64,000 nucleotides of DNA from Armatimonadota bacterium (GTDB lineage Bacteria > Armatimonadota > SYMT01). Positions 41,678 through 50,882 of the stretch are shown here, piece by piece. Where the stretch lies: positions 223,305-287,304 of the forward strand of contig JBKBRF010000001.1 of assembly GCA_046292385.1 (NCBI GenBank), read 5' to 3'. Position numbers and translations under genes: made by a program. The notes under the pieces are model-generated. The model ran no database searches and had not been told where the DNA came from. It was given only the letters and a program-made list of their open reading frames with translations. Positions within the stretch are counted from its first letter, which is position 1, and each line of letters starts with the position of its first letter.

Positions 41678-41797
41678 ATTGTCGAAGTGACGCGGAACGG
41701 CCCCAGGCTCAGCAGGTAAGTAAACAAGATCCGGCCTACCGGCGGAGCTCGTGCGGTCTTTCCGCAGACGCGGCGCTTCGAAACTTCAGGAGGACCA

Positions 41798-42646
41798 GTG
41801 AAAATGGGCGTGACTCGGCGACTGACATTCGCCATCGCAACCGCCGCAGCGGCGCTAACGCTGGCGGCGGCCCCCGCTCCCGCGCTAGCCCAGGAAGGCG
41901 TTGCCGGCGGCAACGCCGGGATGGCCACCCAGGGGGCCGAGCGGCCGATCAGCATTAACTTCCGGGACATCCCGCTGCGGGACGCCGTGCAGGTGATCTT
42001 CGCCGGTTCCGGACTGCAGTTCTCGATCGACCCGAATGTGCAGAACATTCCGATCAACCTGCAGCTCACCAACGTTCCCCTGCGGAACGCCCTGCGCGCC
42101 GTGCTGCGGCAGGCCGCGATCGCGCAGCCTGGCCTTACCTACAGCGTGGAGAACGGTATCTACACCGTGAAGGTCCGGCCTCCGGCGCCGATCACCCAGG
42201 ATCAGCCCACCATCGAGGAAACTCCGGAGAATACCGTCACCGAGGAAGACCTCGTCTGGGAGAAGATCCCGGTCCAGTACACCGACATCCTCGTCTTCGT
42301 CTCCGTTCTCGGCGGGAGCTACTTCCCGGATGAGATGATGATGAAAGGCGGCATGGGCATGATGGGTGGCGGCATGGGCGGCGGCATGATGGGCGGCGGC
42401 ATGATGGGCGGCATGGGCGGCATGGGTATGGGCGGCATGGGTATGGGCGGCATGGGTATGGGTGGCATGGGTATGGGCGGCATGGGTATGGGCGGCATGG
42501 GTATGGGCGGCATGGGTATGGGTGGCATGGGCATGGGCGGCGGCATGGGCATGGGCGGCGGCATGGGCGGCTTCGGCGGCGGCATGGGCGGCATGATGGG
42601 TGGTGGAATGATGGGCGGCGGCATGATGGGCGGCGGCCGCTTCTAA
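41798..42646 (+). CDS. Secreted secretin N-domain (STN/N0-like) protein without beta-barrel, with a Met/Gly tail
   Basis: Signal peptide (ALA|QE); ISINFRDIPLRDAVQVIF...INLQLTNVPLRNALRAVL...TYSVENGIYTV; ends in about 100 aa of almost pure M/G; AGGAGG RBS (GTG 41798 or ATG 41804). Confidence 0.75.
   Translation: MKMGVTRRLTFAIATAAAALTLAAAPAPALAQEGVAGGNAGMATQGAERPISINFRDIPLRDAVQVIFAGSGLQFSIDPNVQNIPINLQLTNVPLRNALRAVLRQAAIAQPGLTYSVENGIYTVKVRPPAPITQDQPTIEETPENTVTEEDLVWEKIPVQYTDILVFVSVLGGSYFPDEMMMKGGMGMMGGGMGGGMMGGGMMGGMGGMGMGGMGMGGMGMGGMGMGGMGMGGMGMGGMGMGGMGMGGGMGMGGGMGGFGGGMGGMMGGGMMGGGMMGGGRF
42416..42535 (+). repeat. 15-bp coding tandem repeat x8 (GGMGM) with 60-bp higher-order periodicity
   Basis: GG(C/T)GGCATGGG(T/C)ATG units; lines 42421-42480 and 42481-42540 are near-identical. 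Confidence 0.9.
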
Positions 42647-42681
42647 TCCACGAAGGTAATCCCCGCAGTAACGACTAACCT

Positions 42682-42724
42682 AGGGTCGCTGGGTGCTTCT
42701 CTGCTTTCCCAGCGGCCCTTTCTC
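42682..42724 (+). terminator. Rho-independent terminator after the STN-only gene
   Basis: AGGGTCGCTGGG...CCCAGCGGCCCT followed by TTCTC. Confidence 0.55.
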
Positions 42725-42873
42725 GGAACCTCTAGCAACCAGGCCGTTCATTAATCGATAAGCAACGGCGACCCTGCCGGCCTCCTCCGGTGTCCCGTCC
42801 ACCCGGAAAGCTCCCGCAGCGGCGCAAAACGGCCTGCTCCCCTCTACTGGCTGAAAATGAGGAGTACTCGCGT

Positions 42874-44613
42874 ATGAACAGTCGCGTCCTACGGATCGGG
42901 GCGCTGTCGGCTGGCCTCCTCGCTGGCGTATGTATGCCGGCGTATGCGGAGCCCCAGTCCGGCCTGGTCAACCTGGAGCTGGCCAAGGTGCCGTTCTCGC
43001 AGGTCATCCAGATCCTGGCGAAGAGCGCCGACGTGGAGATCGTGTTCAACGATCCCGAGGGCCTCCTGTCAGACCGGCAAATCCCCCTTGTTAGTCTCCG
43101 GAACAAGCCGATCGCGAAGGCGCTGGAAATCGTCTGCCGCGCGGCGAACGCCCACTACGAGAGGGACAAGGACGGCGTCTATTTCATCTCCCCCAAGGCG
43201 CCGGAGCAGGCTCCCGCGCCGCGGGCGGAGCTGACGCGGCCGGTCCAGCCGGCCCCGCAGCCGCAGCCTCCGGTAGCGGAGCTGCCGGAGCTCGTTGAAG
43301 AGACCGTCATCGAGAAGGTCTCGCTGCAGTTCCTCGACCCGAACGAAGCGATCCGGACCCTCTTCGGGTCGCACGCCCGAAAGCCGCTGAGCGAAGCGGG
43401 CCGCGCGCGCGGGATCGATGATCTCGACATCATGCCGGGCCTCATCGACCCCTCCACCGGGAGCTGGTATCTCCCGATGGGCTCCGCGCCCGCCCCTGTA
43501 GCATCACCGGTTTATACTCCGGGTCCGGGCGGCTTCGGCTCTCCCACTGCTGGCGGACAGTACGGCGGCGGAATGATGGGCGGCGGGCTGGGCGGCTTCG
43601 GCGGTGGCATGGGCGGCGGCCTCGGCGGCCTCGGTGGCGGCCTGGGCGGCGGTCTCGGCGGCGGCCTGGGTGGCGGCCTCGGCGGTGGTCTGGGCGGCGG
43701 CCTCGGCGGCGGCCTGGGTGGCGGGGGCGGCGGTGGAGCCGGCAACCTCGTGCCCGAAGGGATCGTGGCGATCCTTGGCGTGCCGACCGACAACTCGCTC
43801 CTGGTCCGCGGCACTCCGGAAGATATCCAGGCGCTGAAGGACATCGTCCGTCTGCTGGACATCGCTCCGCAGCAGATCTCCGTGAAGATCGAGCAGATCG
43901 CGGTGACGAGCCAGTTCGAGAAGACGTTCGGCGTCGACTGGAATATTCGCTACAACGATATTGCCGTGGACTCCGCCATCGGTTTCTCCACCGGCGGTGC
44001 GATCAACGTGGCGATCATCGGCGACAACTGGCGGGCGCAGCTCGCGGCCTCCATCGCGGAAGGGACCGCCACTGTGGTCGACTCTTTGAGTGTGACCACG
44101 ATGAATAACGTCCCCGCGTTCATCTCACAGACGGCGGTGAGCTGGATCTTCCTGCCGGCCATCACCCAGATCCAGGGCGCAGGCGCACAGACTACCTACC
44201 AGGCGCAAGCGCTCTCCGCCAGCACGGTGCTCAGTGCGTGGCCGCGGGTGAATGGTGACGGCACCATCACGATGGTGATCCCGTTCCAGCTCTCCCGGTT
44301 CCTGGGGGAATCGGTGGGCCCGGACGGGCAGCGAGTGCCCAACCTGACCTTCACCACCCTTACTTCCCTGCGACGGGTGGCCAGCGGCCAAACGATCGTG
44401 GTCGGTGGGGCGGTCAACCGGGACGAGGCGAACAACACCAGCGGTATCCCGCTTCTGAAGGACCTGCCGATCGTCGGTCCGCTCTTCCGCAGCAAGCGGT
44501 ACTTCAAGCGGCAGACCGAGACGCTGTTCTTCTTCACGCCGACCCTCATTCCGGAAGAGCAGGCGACCGGCGCGGGGAATCTTGCGGGCGGTGGCAGCGG
44601 CATCGGCCGCTAG
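42874..44613 (+). CDS. pilQ: Secretin (PilQ/GspD family)
   Basis: Signal peptide; STN domain; N3 (NSLLVRGTPEDIQALKDIVRLLDIAPQQI); C-domain SGQTIVVGG...SGIPLLKDLPIVGPLFRS...FFFTPTLI; GAGGAG RBS. Confidence 0.88.
   Translation: MNSRVLRIGALSAGLLAGVCMPAYAEPQSGLVNLELAKVPFSQVIQILAKSADVEIVFNDPEGLLSDRQIPLVSLRNKPIAKALEIVCRAANAHYERDKDGVYFISPKAPEQAPAPRAELTRPVQPAPQPQPPVAELPELVEETVIEKVSLQFLDPNEAIRTLFGSHARKPLSEAGRARGIDDLDIMPGLIDPSTGSWYLPMGSAPAPVASPVYTPGPGGFGSPTAGGQYGGGMMGGGLGGFGGGMGGGLGGLGGGLGGGLGGGLGGGLGGGLGGGLGGGLGGGGGGGAGNLVPEGIVAILGVPTDNSLLVRGTPEDIQALKDIVRLLDIAPQQISVKIEQIAVTSQFEKTFGVDWNIRYNDIAVDSAIGFSTGGAINVAIIGDNWRAQLAASIAEGTATVVDSLSVTTMNNVPAFISQTAVSWIFLPAITQIQGAGAQTTYQAQALSASTVLSAWPRVNGDGTITMVIPFQLSRFLGESVGPDGQRVPNLTFTTLTSLRRVASGQTIVVGGAVNRDEANNTSGIPLLKDLPIVGPLFRSKRYFKRQTETLFFFTPTLIPEEQATGAGNLAGGGSGIGR
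43564..43740 (+). repeat. 12-bp coding repeat (GGGL)n inside the secretin N3 region
   Basis: GGCGGCGGCCT(G/C)-type units encoding GGGLGGGL... Confidence 0.85.
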
Positions 44614-44778
44614 ACTCCGGGTACGGCTAAAACCAGGCGGCCGGTCTTCCCTCACGGGCGGACCGGCCGTCGCTGCGTACGTCGCCGTTGCTCCGCACCG
44701 CCGGAGGTTCGGGCTTCGGTCCAAAGGTCAAGCCGGGACGCCGTCGGGAATGGGGTCCGTCGGGCGTCCGCCCCGGAA

Positions 44779-44787
44779 TGATACAAT
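44779..44787 (+). promoter_or_regulatory. Extended -10 promoter for the aroK operon
   Basis: TGaTACAAT about 50 bp upstream of aroK. Confidence 0.5.
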
Positions 44788-44837
44788 CCGGCCGTGGGAG
44801 CCATTGACCGCGCGCGGTCGGTCGTCGTAGGAGCAGC

Positions 44838-45404
44838 GTGTCCAGTCGAGCCGGTGATAAGCCGCCGATCCAGCCGAACCTGGTGCTGGTCGGCTTCATG
44901 GGAACGGGGAAGAGCGCGGTCGGCCGCGCACTGGCCGCCCGGTTGGGGAGGCCGCTGGTGGATACCGACCTCCGCCTGGCGCACCGGGCCGGCCTGTCGA
45001 TCCCGGAGATCTTTCGCGCGCACGGCGAGGAGCGGTTCCGGGAGTTGGAGACGGAAGAGGCGCGGCGTGTCTCCCGGCCGGCCGGCCTGGTCGTGTCGAC
45101 GGGCGGGGGCATCCTGGGACGAGACGAGAACGTGGAGCTCCTGCGCCGGGGCGGCGTGCTGATCCGCCTCACTTCTCGCCCGGAGGTGATTCTCCGCCGG
45201 ACCGCCCCGTGGGATAACCGTCCGATGCTCGCCACCGCTGCCGACCCGCGCGCCGCCGTGGAGCGGCTGCTGGCGGTGCGAGAGGCGCGGTATGCGCTGG
45301 CAGACTGGACGCTCGATACGTCCGACCTCTCGGTAGACCAGGTAGTGGAGGAGATATGCGCCGCGTTACCGTCGCTGTACCGGGCCGCAGCTACCCGATT
45401 CTGA
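44838..45404 (+). CDS. aroK: Shikimate kinase
   Basis: NLVLVGFMGTGKSAVG, DTD, GEERFRELE, VSTGGG, RPML. Confidence 0.95.
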   Translation: MSSRAGDKPPIQPNLVLVGFMGTGKSAVGRALAARLGRPLVDTDLRLAHRAGLSIPEIFRAHGEERFRELETEEARRVSRPAGLVVSTGGGILGRDENVELLRRGGVLIRLTSRPEVILRRTAPWDNRPMLATAADPRAAVERLLAVREARYALADWTLDTSDLSVDQVVEEICAALPSLYRAAATRF

Positions 45405-46444
45405 TCGGGGCAGGAGCTCTGGAGACGCTCGGCGAGCAGGTCCGTGAGGTGGGAATCACCGGAGCGCTGGCCCTGGTCCAGGACGCGGCCGTCGCGCCGC
45501 TCTACGGCGCCCGGGCCGCGGAATCGCTGCGCCGCGCGGGCTATGCGGTAATGGAAGTGGTGGTTCCCAGCGGCGAGGCGAGCAAGTCGCTCGCGCAGCT
45601 CGGCGAGCTCTACCGCGAGTTTGCCGGTGCCCGTCTCGACCGCCGCGCCGCCGTGGTAGCCCTCGGGGGCGGCGTGGTGGGCGACCTGGCCGGCTTCGCG
45701 GCGGCCAGTTACCTGCGGGGCATCGAGCTGGTGCAGGTGCCGACTACCCTGCTCTCGCAGGTCGATTCCAGCGTGGGGGGCAAGACCGGGATCGACCTGC
45801 CGGAAGGCAAGAACCTGGTCGGCGCCTTCCATCAGCCCGCGCTGGTGGTCGCCGATCTCGCCACGCTGGAGACGCTGCCGGAGCGGGAGTACGTGGCCGG
45901 CCTGGCGGAGATCGTAAAGTACGGGGTGATTGCAGATTCACAGCTCTTCCGGTATCTGGAAGAGAACCGCGAGGCGATCTCCGGCCACTATTCCCATAGC
46001 CTGGAACACCTCGTGGAGCGCTCCTGTCAGATCAAGGCGGAGGTAGTAGGGCAGGACGAGCGCGAGTCCGGACTCCGGGAGATCCTGAACTACGGCCACA
46101 CCGTGGGCCACGCGGTGGAGGCGGTAGCCGGCTATGGGCGGTATGCTCATGGGGAGGCGGTCGCGATCGGTATGGTCGCGGCGGGCCGCCTGTCTCGCGC
46201 GCGGGGCTGGCTCGCGCCGGGAGACGAGCAGCGGATTCGGGTGCTGTTGGAAGCGTTCGGGCTGCCGGTCGGTCTCCACGAGCCGCTGCCGCGAGAAGCG
46301 CTGCTGGCGGCGATGCGGCTGGATAAGAAGACCCGCGGCTCCGAGCTCCGCTTCGTGCTGGCGCGCGGGATCGGCCGGGTAGAAACGGCAGCGGTGCCGG
46401 AGGCGGAAGTCACGACGGCGCTGGATGCGATCTGGCCGGAATAG
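45356..46444 (+). CDS. aroB: 3-dehydroquinate synthase
   Basis: ALGGGVVGDLAGFAA, VPTTLLSQVDSSVGGKTG, KNLVGAFHQP, LNYGHTVGHAVE, HGEAVAIG, DKK. Confidence 0.96.
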   Translation: MRRVTVAVPGRSYPILIGAGALETLGEQVREVGITGALALVQDAAVAPLYGARAAESLRRAGYAVMEVVVPSGEASKSLAQLGELYREFAGARLDRRAAVVALGGGVVGDLAGFAAASYLRGIELVQVPTTLLSQVDSSVGGKTGIDLPEGKNLVGAFHQPALVVADLATLETLPEREYVAGLAEIVKYGVIADSQLFRYLEENREAISGHYSHSLEHLVERSCQIKAEVVGQDERESGLREILNYGHTVGHAVEAVAGYGRYAHGEAVAIGMVAAGRLSRARGWLAPGDEQRIRVLLEAFGLPVGLHEPLPREALLAAMRLDKKTRGSELRFVLARGIGRVETAAVPEAEVTTALDAIWPE

Positions 46445-46447
46445 GGG

Positions 46448-46813
46448 ATGGGGAGCTTGGATCAGAAGCCGGGCCTGGACGAGGCAGTGAACGGGAGCGC
46501 GCCGGGCGCGACGGACGGCCCGGGGCGGGGCGGGCTGAAGCTGCTCCTGCAGCTCCCCGCGCTGCTCTGGCTGACGCTAGTGCTGGCGGCGTACGCCCTG
46601 GTAGCGCTGCGGCCTCCGCAGCATCCGGACCCGTACGCGCCGGCCGCGGAGCGCCAGGCGTATGCGTTCGCGCCCGTTCCTGGGCTCGCGGAACTCGACG
46701 CCTGGGTCGTGCCTGCCCTGGCGCTGCTCGGGATCGCCGCCCTGGCCTGGCACTTCGTCGTTGGACCTGTGAGATCGGCGCCGCCGGCCATCGCCGATCG
46801 GGATGGAACCTGA
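46448..46813 (+). CDS. Small two-TM membrane protein
   Basis: Two hydrophobic segments; translationally coupled (TGATG) to the kinase. Confidence 0.55.
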   Translation: MGSLDQKPGLDEAVNGSAPGATDGPGRGGLKLLLQLPALLWLTLVLAAYALVALRPPQHPDPYAPAAERQAYAFAPVPGLAELDAWVVPALALLGIAALAWHFVVGPVRSAPPAIADRDGT

Positions 46814-48618
46814 TGCCAGAGAACTCTTCGGCGAACCCGACCGCTGCCGCCGCGACGACGGTCCTGAAGGAGCGCTACGAGCTGGGCGAGCGCCTGGCGG
46901 ACGGCGCCTTCTTCAACAGCTTCCGCGGGCGGGACACCCATACGGGGCGCGCCGTGGCGATCAAGGTCTTGAAGCCCGAGTATGCCTCGGACGAGGTCTT
47001 CACCGCGCGGCTGCTCTCCGAGGCTCAGTGCGCGATGCAGCTTCGCCACCCGAACATCATGCAGGTGTTCGACGCCTGGCGGGAGCGCGGCACCGTGGTA
47101 CTGGTCACGGAGTGGGTCCGCGGCATCAATCTGAAGGAGCGGGTGAAGCGCGTCGCCCCGTTCCCGCTCGCGGTGAGCGTCGACATCTTTCTCGCCTGTG
47201 CGGAGGCGCTCGCCTACGCACACGAGCAGGGCTGCGTCCACGGCGACATCCGCCCGGATAACATCATCATCACGCCCGACGGGCGCGTGAAGGTGACCGA
47301 CTTCGGGATCGGCGTCAGCGTGGCCGCGTCGACCCGCATCCAGCTCAGCGCGCTGCCGCAGGCCGCGTTCTACATGGCCCCGGAGCTGGCCGAGGGGAAG
47401 ATGCCGGACGCCGGCAGCGATCTCTACTCCCTGGCCTGCATCCTGTACGAAATGCTCTCCGGCGTCGTCCCGTACGACGCGGACACCCCGATCGCGGTCG
47501 CCGTGAAGCACCTGCACGAGCCGGTGCCGTCCCTCAAGCAGGCCAACCCGGCGGTTCCGAATGCGGTGAACGGCCTGGTGGCGAAGTCGATGCAGAAGTC
47601 GCCGGCGGACCGGTATCCGGACGTGCAGGCGATGCTGCAGGACGGGCACGCGATCCGGGACGCGCTGCGGAACGACCGGCCGCTCACCTGGTCCCCGATG
47701 CCGGTGGAGACGCCGGCGGCCGAGCCGGACGGAAAGAAGGTGCGCCGGCGGCCCCCGCCGGAGCCGGAGCCGGATGGGGGGCCCAGCTTCAAGTTGCTGG
47801 CGGCGCTGGGCGGCCTGATGCTGGCGATGATCGTCGGCATGTTCCTGATCATGAATGCCTATCTGGGCAGCGCGCCGAAGGAGGTCCGCGTCCCGATGGG
47901 ATTGGTCGGCAAGACGCAGGGGCAGGCGGAGGAGATGCTTCGCCAGTGGGGGCTGGTCCCGAAGGTCAACGAGGAGTTCGATGACCGGATTCCGGCCGGG
48001 CAGGTGATCCGGACCGACCCGATCGGCGGCACCGAGATCCGCGCCGGGCGCGAGGTGACCCTGGCGGTGAGCAAGGGCGCCGCGCCGGTGGCGGTGCCGA
48101 ACGTCACGGACAAGACCGCGGAAGAAGCGCGGCAGGATCTGGAAGACGCCGGCCTGACGGTGCGCCGGGTGACGGACGAGTACAGCGACCTTTACCAGAA
48201 GGGCAAGGTGATCTCCCAGGATCCGGTTGCGGGGACGCAGACGAAGCGCGGCTCCGGGGTCAACCTGATCGTCAGCCTGGGCCCGCCGCCGCCGCCTGCT
48301 TACGAGGACGTGCCGGTGGAGCCGGAGACGCCCGACACCACCGAGCCGGAGCCCGGCGCCGAGCCGGGAGCCGGCACGGGCGAGATCCGCGAGCAGCAGG
48401 TGGCGATCGACGTGCCCTCGCGTCCGAACGTACCGCAGCGGGTCCGCATCACCGTGCGCCACCCGGACAACACCGAGGAGACGGTCTACGAGGAGATTCA
48501 CCAGCCCGGCGCTCACGTGGAGCACACGGTGCCGGTGGAATCGCTCCGGCCCGGAAGTGAGCTCCGCATCTACGTGAACGACCGCCTGATCCCGCCGGCG
48601 ACCTACCGTAATGACTAA
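46813..48618 (+). CDS. PknB/PrkC-like Ser/Thr kinase with TM and two PASTA domains; atypical catalytic motifs
   Basis: [39 protein letters not shown]-like [11 protein letters not shown] and [10 protein letters not shown]. Confidence 0.88.
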   Translation: MPENSSANPTAAAATTVLKERYELGERLADGAFFNSFRGRDTHTGRAVAIKVLKPEYASDEVFTARLLSEAQCAMQLRHPNIMQVFDAWRERGTVVLVTEWVRGINLKERVKRVAPFPLAVSVDIFLACAEALAYAHEQGCVHGDIRPDNIIITPDGRVKVTDFGIGVSVAASTRIQLSALPQAAFYMAPELAEGKMPDAGSDLYSLACILYEMLSGVVPYDADTPIAVAVKHLHEPVPSLKQANPAVPNAVNGLVAKSMQKSPADRYPDVQAMLQDGHAIRDALRNDRPLTWSPMPVETPAAEPDGKKVRRRPPPEPEPDGGPSFKLLAALGGLMLAMIVGMFLIMNAYLGSAPKEVRVPMGLVGKTQGQAEEMLRQWGLVPKVNEEFDDRIPAGQVIRTDPIGGTEIRAGREVTLAVSKGAAPVAVPNVTDKTAEEARQDLEDAGLTVRRVTDEYSDLYQKGKVISQDPVAGTQTKRGSGVNLIVSLGPPPPPAYEDVPVEPETPDTTEPEPGAEPGAGTGEIREQQVAIDVPSRPNVPQRVRITVRHPDNTEETVYEEIHQPGAHVEHTVPVESLRPGSELRIYVNDRLIPPATYRND

Positions 48619-49297
48619 CAGAGCCCCCGGAGTGCGGATCGCCGCCTCGATTCTGTCGGCCGATTTCGCCGCGCTGGGAAGCGCGGTAGAAGCGGTGGAT
48701 GCAGCAGGGACCGACTGGATCCATCTCGACGTAATGGATGGACACTTCGTCCCGAACCTCACCTTCGGGCCGCCGGTGATCCAGGCCCTGCGTCCCTTTA
48801 CGAAGAAGCCGTTCGACGTGCACCTGATGGTGGAGCGGCCCGAGGAGCTGATCCCGGAGTACGTGAAGGCCGGCGCCGATCTGATCACGGTCCACGTGGA
48901 GGCGTGTCGCCACCTCCACCGGACGCTGACCTGGCTGCGGGAGCAGCGGGTCAGCCCCGGCGTGGTGCTGAACCCCGCCACTCCGCTCTCCGCGATCGAA
49001 GAGGTGATTCCGGACGTCGACCTGGTCCTGATCATGTCGGTGAACCCCGGCTTCGGCGGGCAGGGGTTCATTCCGCAAAGCGTCGACAAGATCCGCCGCC
49101 TCCGGGAGATGCTGGACCGCGCCGGCAGCCGCGCGGAGATCTCGGTCGACGGCGGGATCGCGCCGGACACGGCGGGGCAGGTGGTAGAGGCCGGCGCCTC
49201 CGTGCTCGTCTCCGGCTCCGCAATCTTCGGCAGCAAGGCCGGCCTGGAGGCCGCGATCGGGGAGCTCCGCAGCGCCGCGCTGGGACGAGGGGGCTAG
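48611..49297 (+). CDS. rpe: Ribulose-phosphate 3-epimerase
   Basis: [49 protein letters not shown]. Confidence 0.96.
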   Translation: MTNRAPGVRIAASILSADFAALGSAVEAVDAAGTDWIHLDVMDGHFVPNLTFGPPVIQALRPFTKKPFDVHLMVERPEELIPEYVKAGADLITVHVEACRHLHRTLTWLREQRVSPGVVLNPATPLSAIEEVIPDVDLVLIMSVNPGFGGQGFIPQSVDKIRRLREMLDRAGSRAEISVDGGIAPDTAGQVVEAGASVLVSGSAIFGSKAGLEAAIGELRSAALGRGG

Positions 49298-49300
49298 CGG

Positions 49301-49690
49301 ATGGGAGCGGTGGCGTCGCAGTTGATCCTGGTCCTGATCGTCATCTTCGCGATCTACATGGCCTACGAGCTGTGGCGCTGGTTCCGCGGCAATCCGGCGG
49401 AGCTGACGCCGGGGCAGCTCCGCCGGAGACTGGCCGGGGCGGTGCTGCTTGCCGTCTCCCTGGGGCTCGCCTACATGGAGCCGCTGACCGCGGGCGAGCC
49501 GGTCCGCGTGCGCCTGGCCTATCTCCTCACCTCCCTGTCGTTCGCCGTGGTGGCGCTGATCCTGGCGCTCCGGGAGGCCGCTTTCGTGATGCGGCAGTAC
49601 GCCCGCTGGCGCACGGAGATGCTGCGCAGCCTCAACACCGACCGGCAGCCGCAGGAGACGCCGCCCCCCGCGGAGGAGCCGCGCCGGTGA
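49301..49690 (+). CDS. Three-TM membrane protein
   Basis: Three hydrophobic helices; in operon between rpe and ribD. Confidence 0.6.
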   Translation: MGAVASQLILVLIVIFAIYMAYELWRWFRGNPAELTPGQLRRRLAGAVLLAVSLGLAYMEPLTAGEPVRVRLAYLLTSLSFAVVALILALREAAFVMRQYARWRTEMLRSLNTDRQPQETPPPAEEPRR

Positions 49691-50841
49691 CCCGCCCCGG
49701 AGCGGAGGAGGCCGATCGCCGGCACATGGCGCGGGCCCTGGAGCTGGCCGCGCGTGCCCGCGGCCGTACCGCCCCGAACCCGATGGTCGGCGCGGTGGTC
49801 GTGTCGGGCGGCCGCGTGGTGGGCGAAGGCTGGCATCCCCGCGCGGGCGAGCCCCACGCGGAAGTCTTTGCCCTGCGGGAGGCGGGGGAAGCGGCGCGCG
49901 GCGCGACCCTCTACGTCACCCTGGAGCCGTGCTGCCACCACGGCCGCACGCCGCCGTGTGCCGAGGCCGTGGTCCGCGCGGGCATCCGGCGAGTGGTCGC
50001 CGCGACGGGAGACCCGTTCCCCCGCGTGTCCGGCGGCGGCTTCGGTCGGCTGCGCGAAGCGGGAATCGAGGTCGAGTGCGGCCTCCTCGCTCGGGAAGCC
50101 CTCGAGCTGAACCGCGCCTACTTCCGCGCCGTCCGCACCGGCCTGCCGTGGCTCACGCTCAAGATGGCGGTCACCCTGGACGGCAAGATCGCCACCCGCA
50201 CCGGCGACAGCCGCTGGGTGACCGGCGAGGCGGCGCGGGAGCAGGTCCACCGCCTGCGGGACTGGCACGACGCGGTGCTGATCGGGAGCGGCACCGCCCG
50301 TGCCGATAACCCCCAGCTCACCGCGCGCCTGGACGGAGCCCGGAGCCCGCTGCGCGTGGTGATCGACGCCCGCGCGGAGCTTTCGCCGGAGAGCCTCCTC
50401 GCCCGCACCGCGCGGGAGGTGCCGACCCTCCTCGCCTGCGGCCCGGAGGCGGAGACCGGTCCGCTGGAGCGTTGGGGCGTCGAAGTGGTGCGGCTACCGC
50501 TGGCGGCGGGCCGTGTCCCCCTGGAGCCGCTGCTGCGAGAGCTGGTCCGCCGCGGGATCCACTCCGTCCTCTGCGAGGGCGGCGCGCGGCTGGCGGGGAG
50601 CCTGCTCGACGCGGGGCTGGTGAACGAGCTGGCCTGGTTCATCGCGCCGAAGCTGGTCGGCGACCGGGAAGCACCCGGCGCGGTTGAGGGCGCGGGCATT
50701 ACGCGGATGACGGAGGCGCCCGTCCTCTCGGACGTGCGGGTGAGCCAGTTCGGGCCGGACCTCCTCGTCTCGGGTTACCTGACGCCGCTCGACTTTTCGG
50801 CGAGCGACGAGACGGCCGTCGATCTCGCGGCGGAGCGATAA
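49687..50841 (+). CDS. ribD: Riboflavin biosynthesis deaminase/reductase
   Basis: PNPMVGAV, HAEV, YVTLEPCCHHGRTPPC, TLDGKIAT, EGGARL; GTGA overlap start at 49687. Confidence 0.95.
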   Translation: MTRPGAEEADRRHMARALELAARARGRTAPNPMVGAVVVSGGRVVGEGWHPRAGEPHAEVFALREAGEAARGATLYVTLEPCCHHGRTPPCAEAVVRAGIRRVVAATGDPFPRVSGGGFGRLREAGIEVECGLLAREALELNRAYFRAVRTGLPWLTLKMAVTLDGKIATRTGDSRWVTGEAAREQVHRLRDWHDAVLIGSGTARADNPQLTARLDGARSPLRVVIDARAELSPESLLARTAREVPTLLACGPEAETGPLERWGVEVVRLPLAAGRVPLEPLLRELVRRGIHSVLCEGGARLAGSLLDAGLVNELAWFIAPKLVGDREAPGAVEGAGITRMTEAPVLSDVRVSQFGPDLLVSGYLTPLDFSASDETAVDLAAER

Positions 50842-50882
50842 GCTACAGCTATCGGCCCTGGTGGAAGGAGCGAGCGCCGGAC

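Noticed and set aside
41804..41830. Tat signal (TRRLTF) on the STN-only protein; RR also in the 1769-aa protein
   Set aside because: Poor match to S/T-R-R-x-F-L-K; compatible with ordinary Sec signals.
42725..42760. Additional ECF-like promoter before the secretin (and at 17441 and 38060)
   Set aside because: Spacing is 15, 16 or 18 nt, or the -10 is mismatched; these do not fit the strict N17-CGTC pattern.
39272..43740. CRISPR array or DGR template suggested by the repeats
   Set aside because: The repeats are in-frame low-complexity coding units with no unique spacers, and no cas genes are present.
41798..44613. Single secretin gene broken by a frameshift or stop
   Set aside because: Both ORFs have their own RBS, signal peptide and STN-like domain, and a terminator separates them.
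8258..44613. Type II secretion system
   Set aside because: A canonical PilT (AIRNLIRE) and PilM/PilN (INLLP) indicate T4aP; a secretion role cannot be fully excluded.
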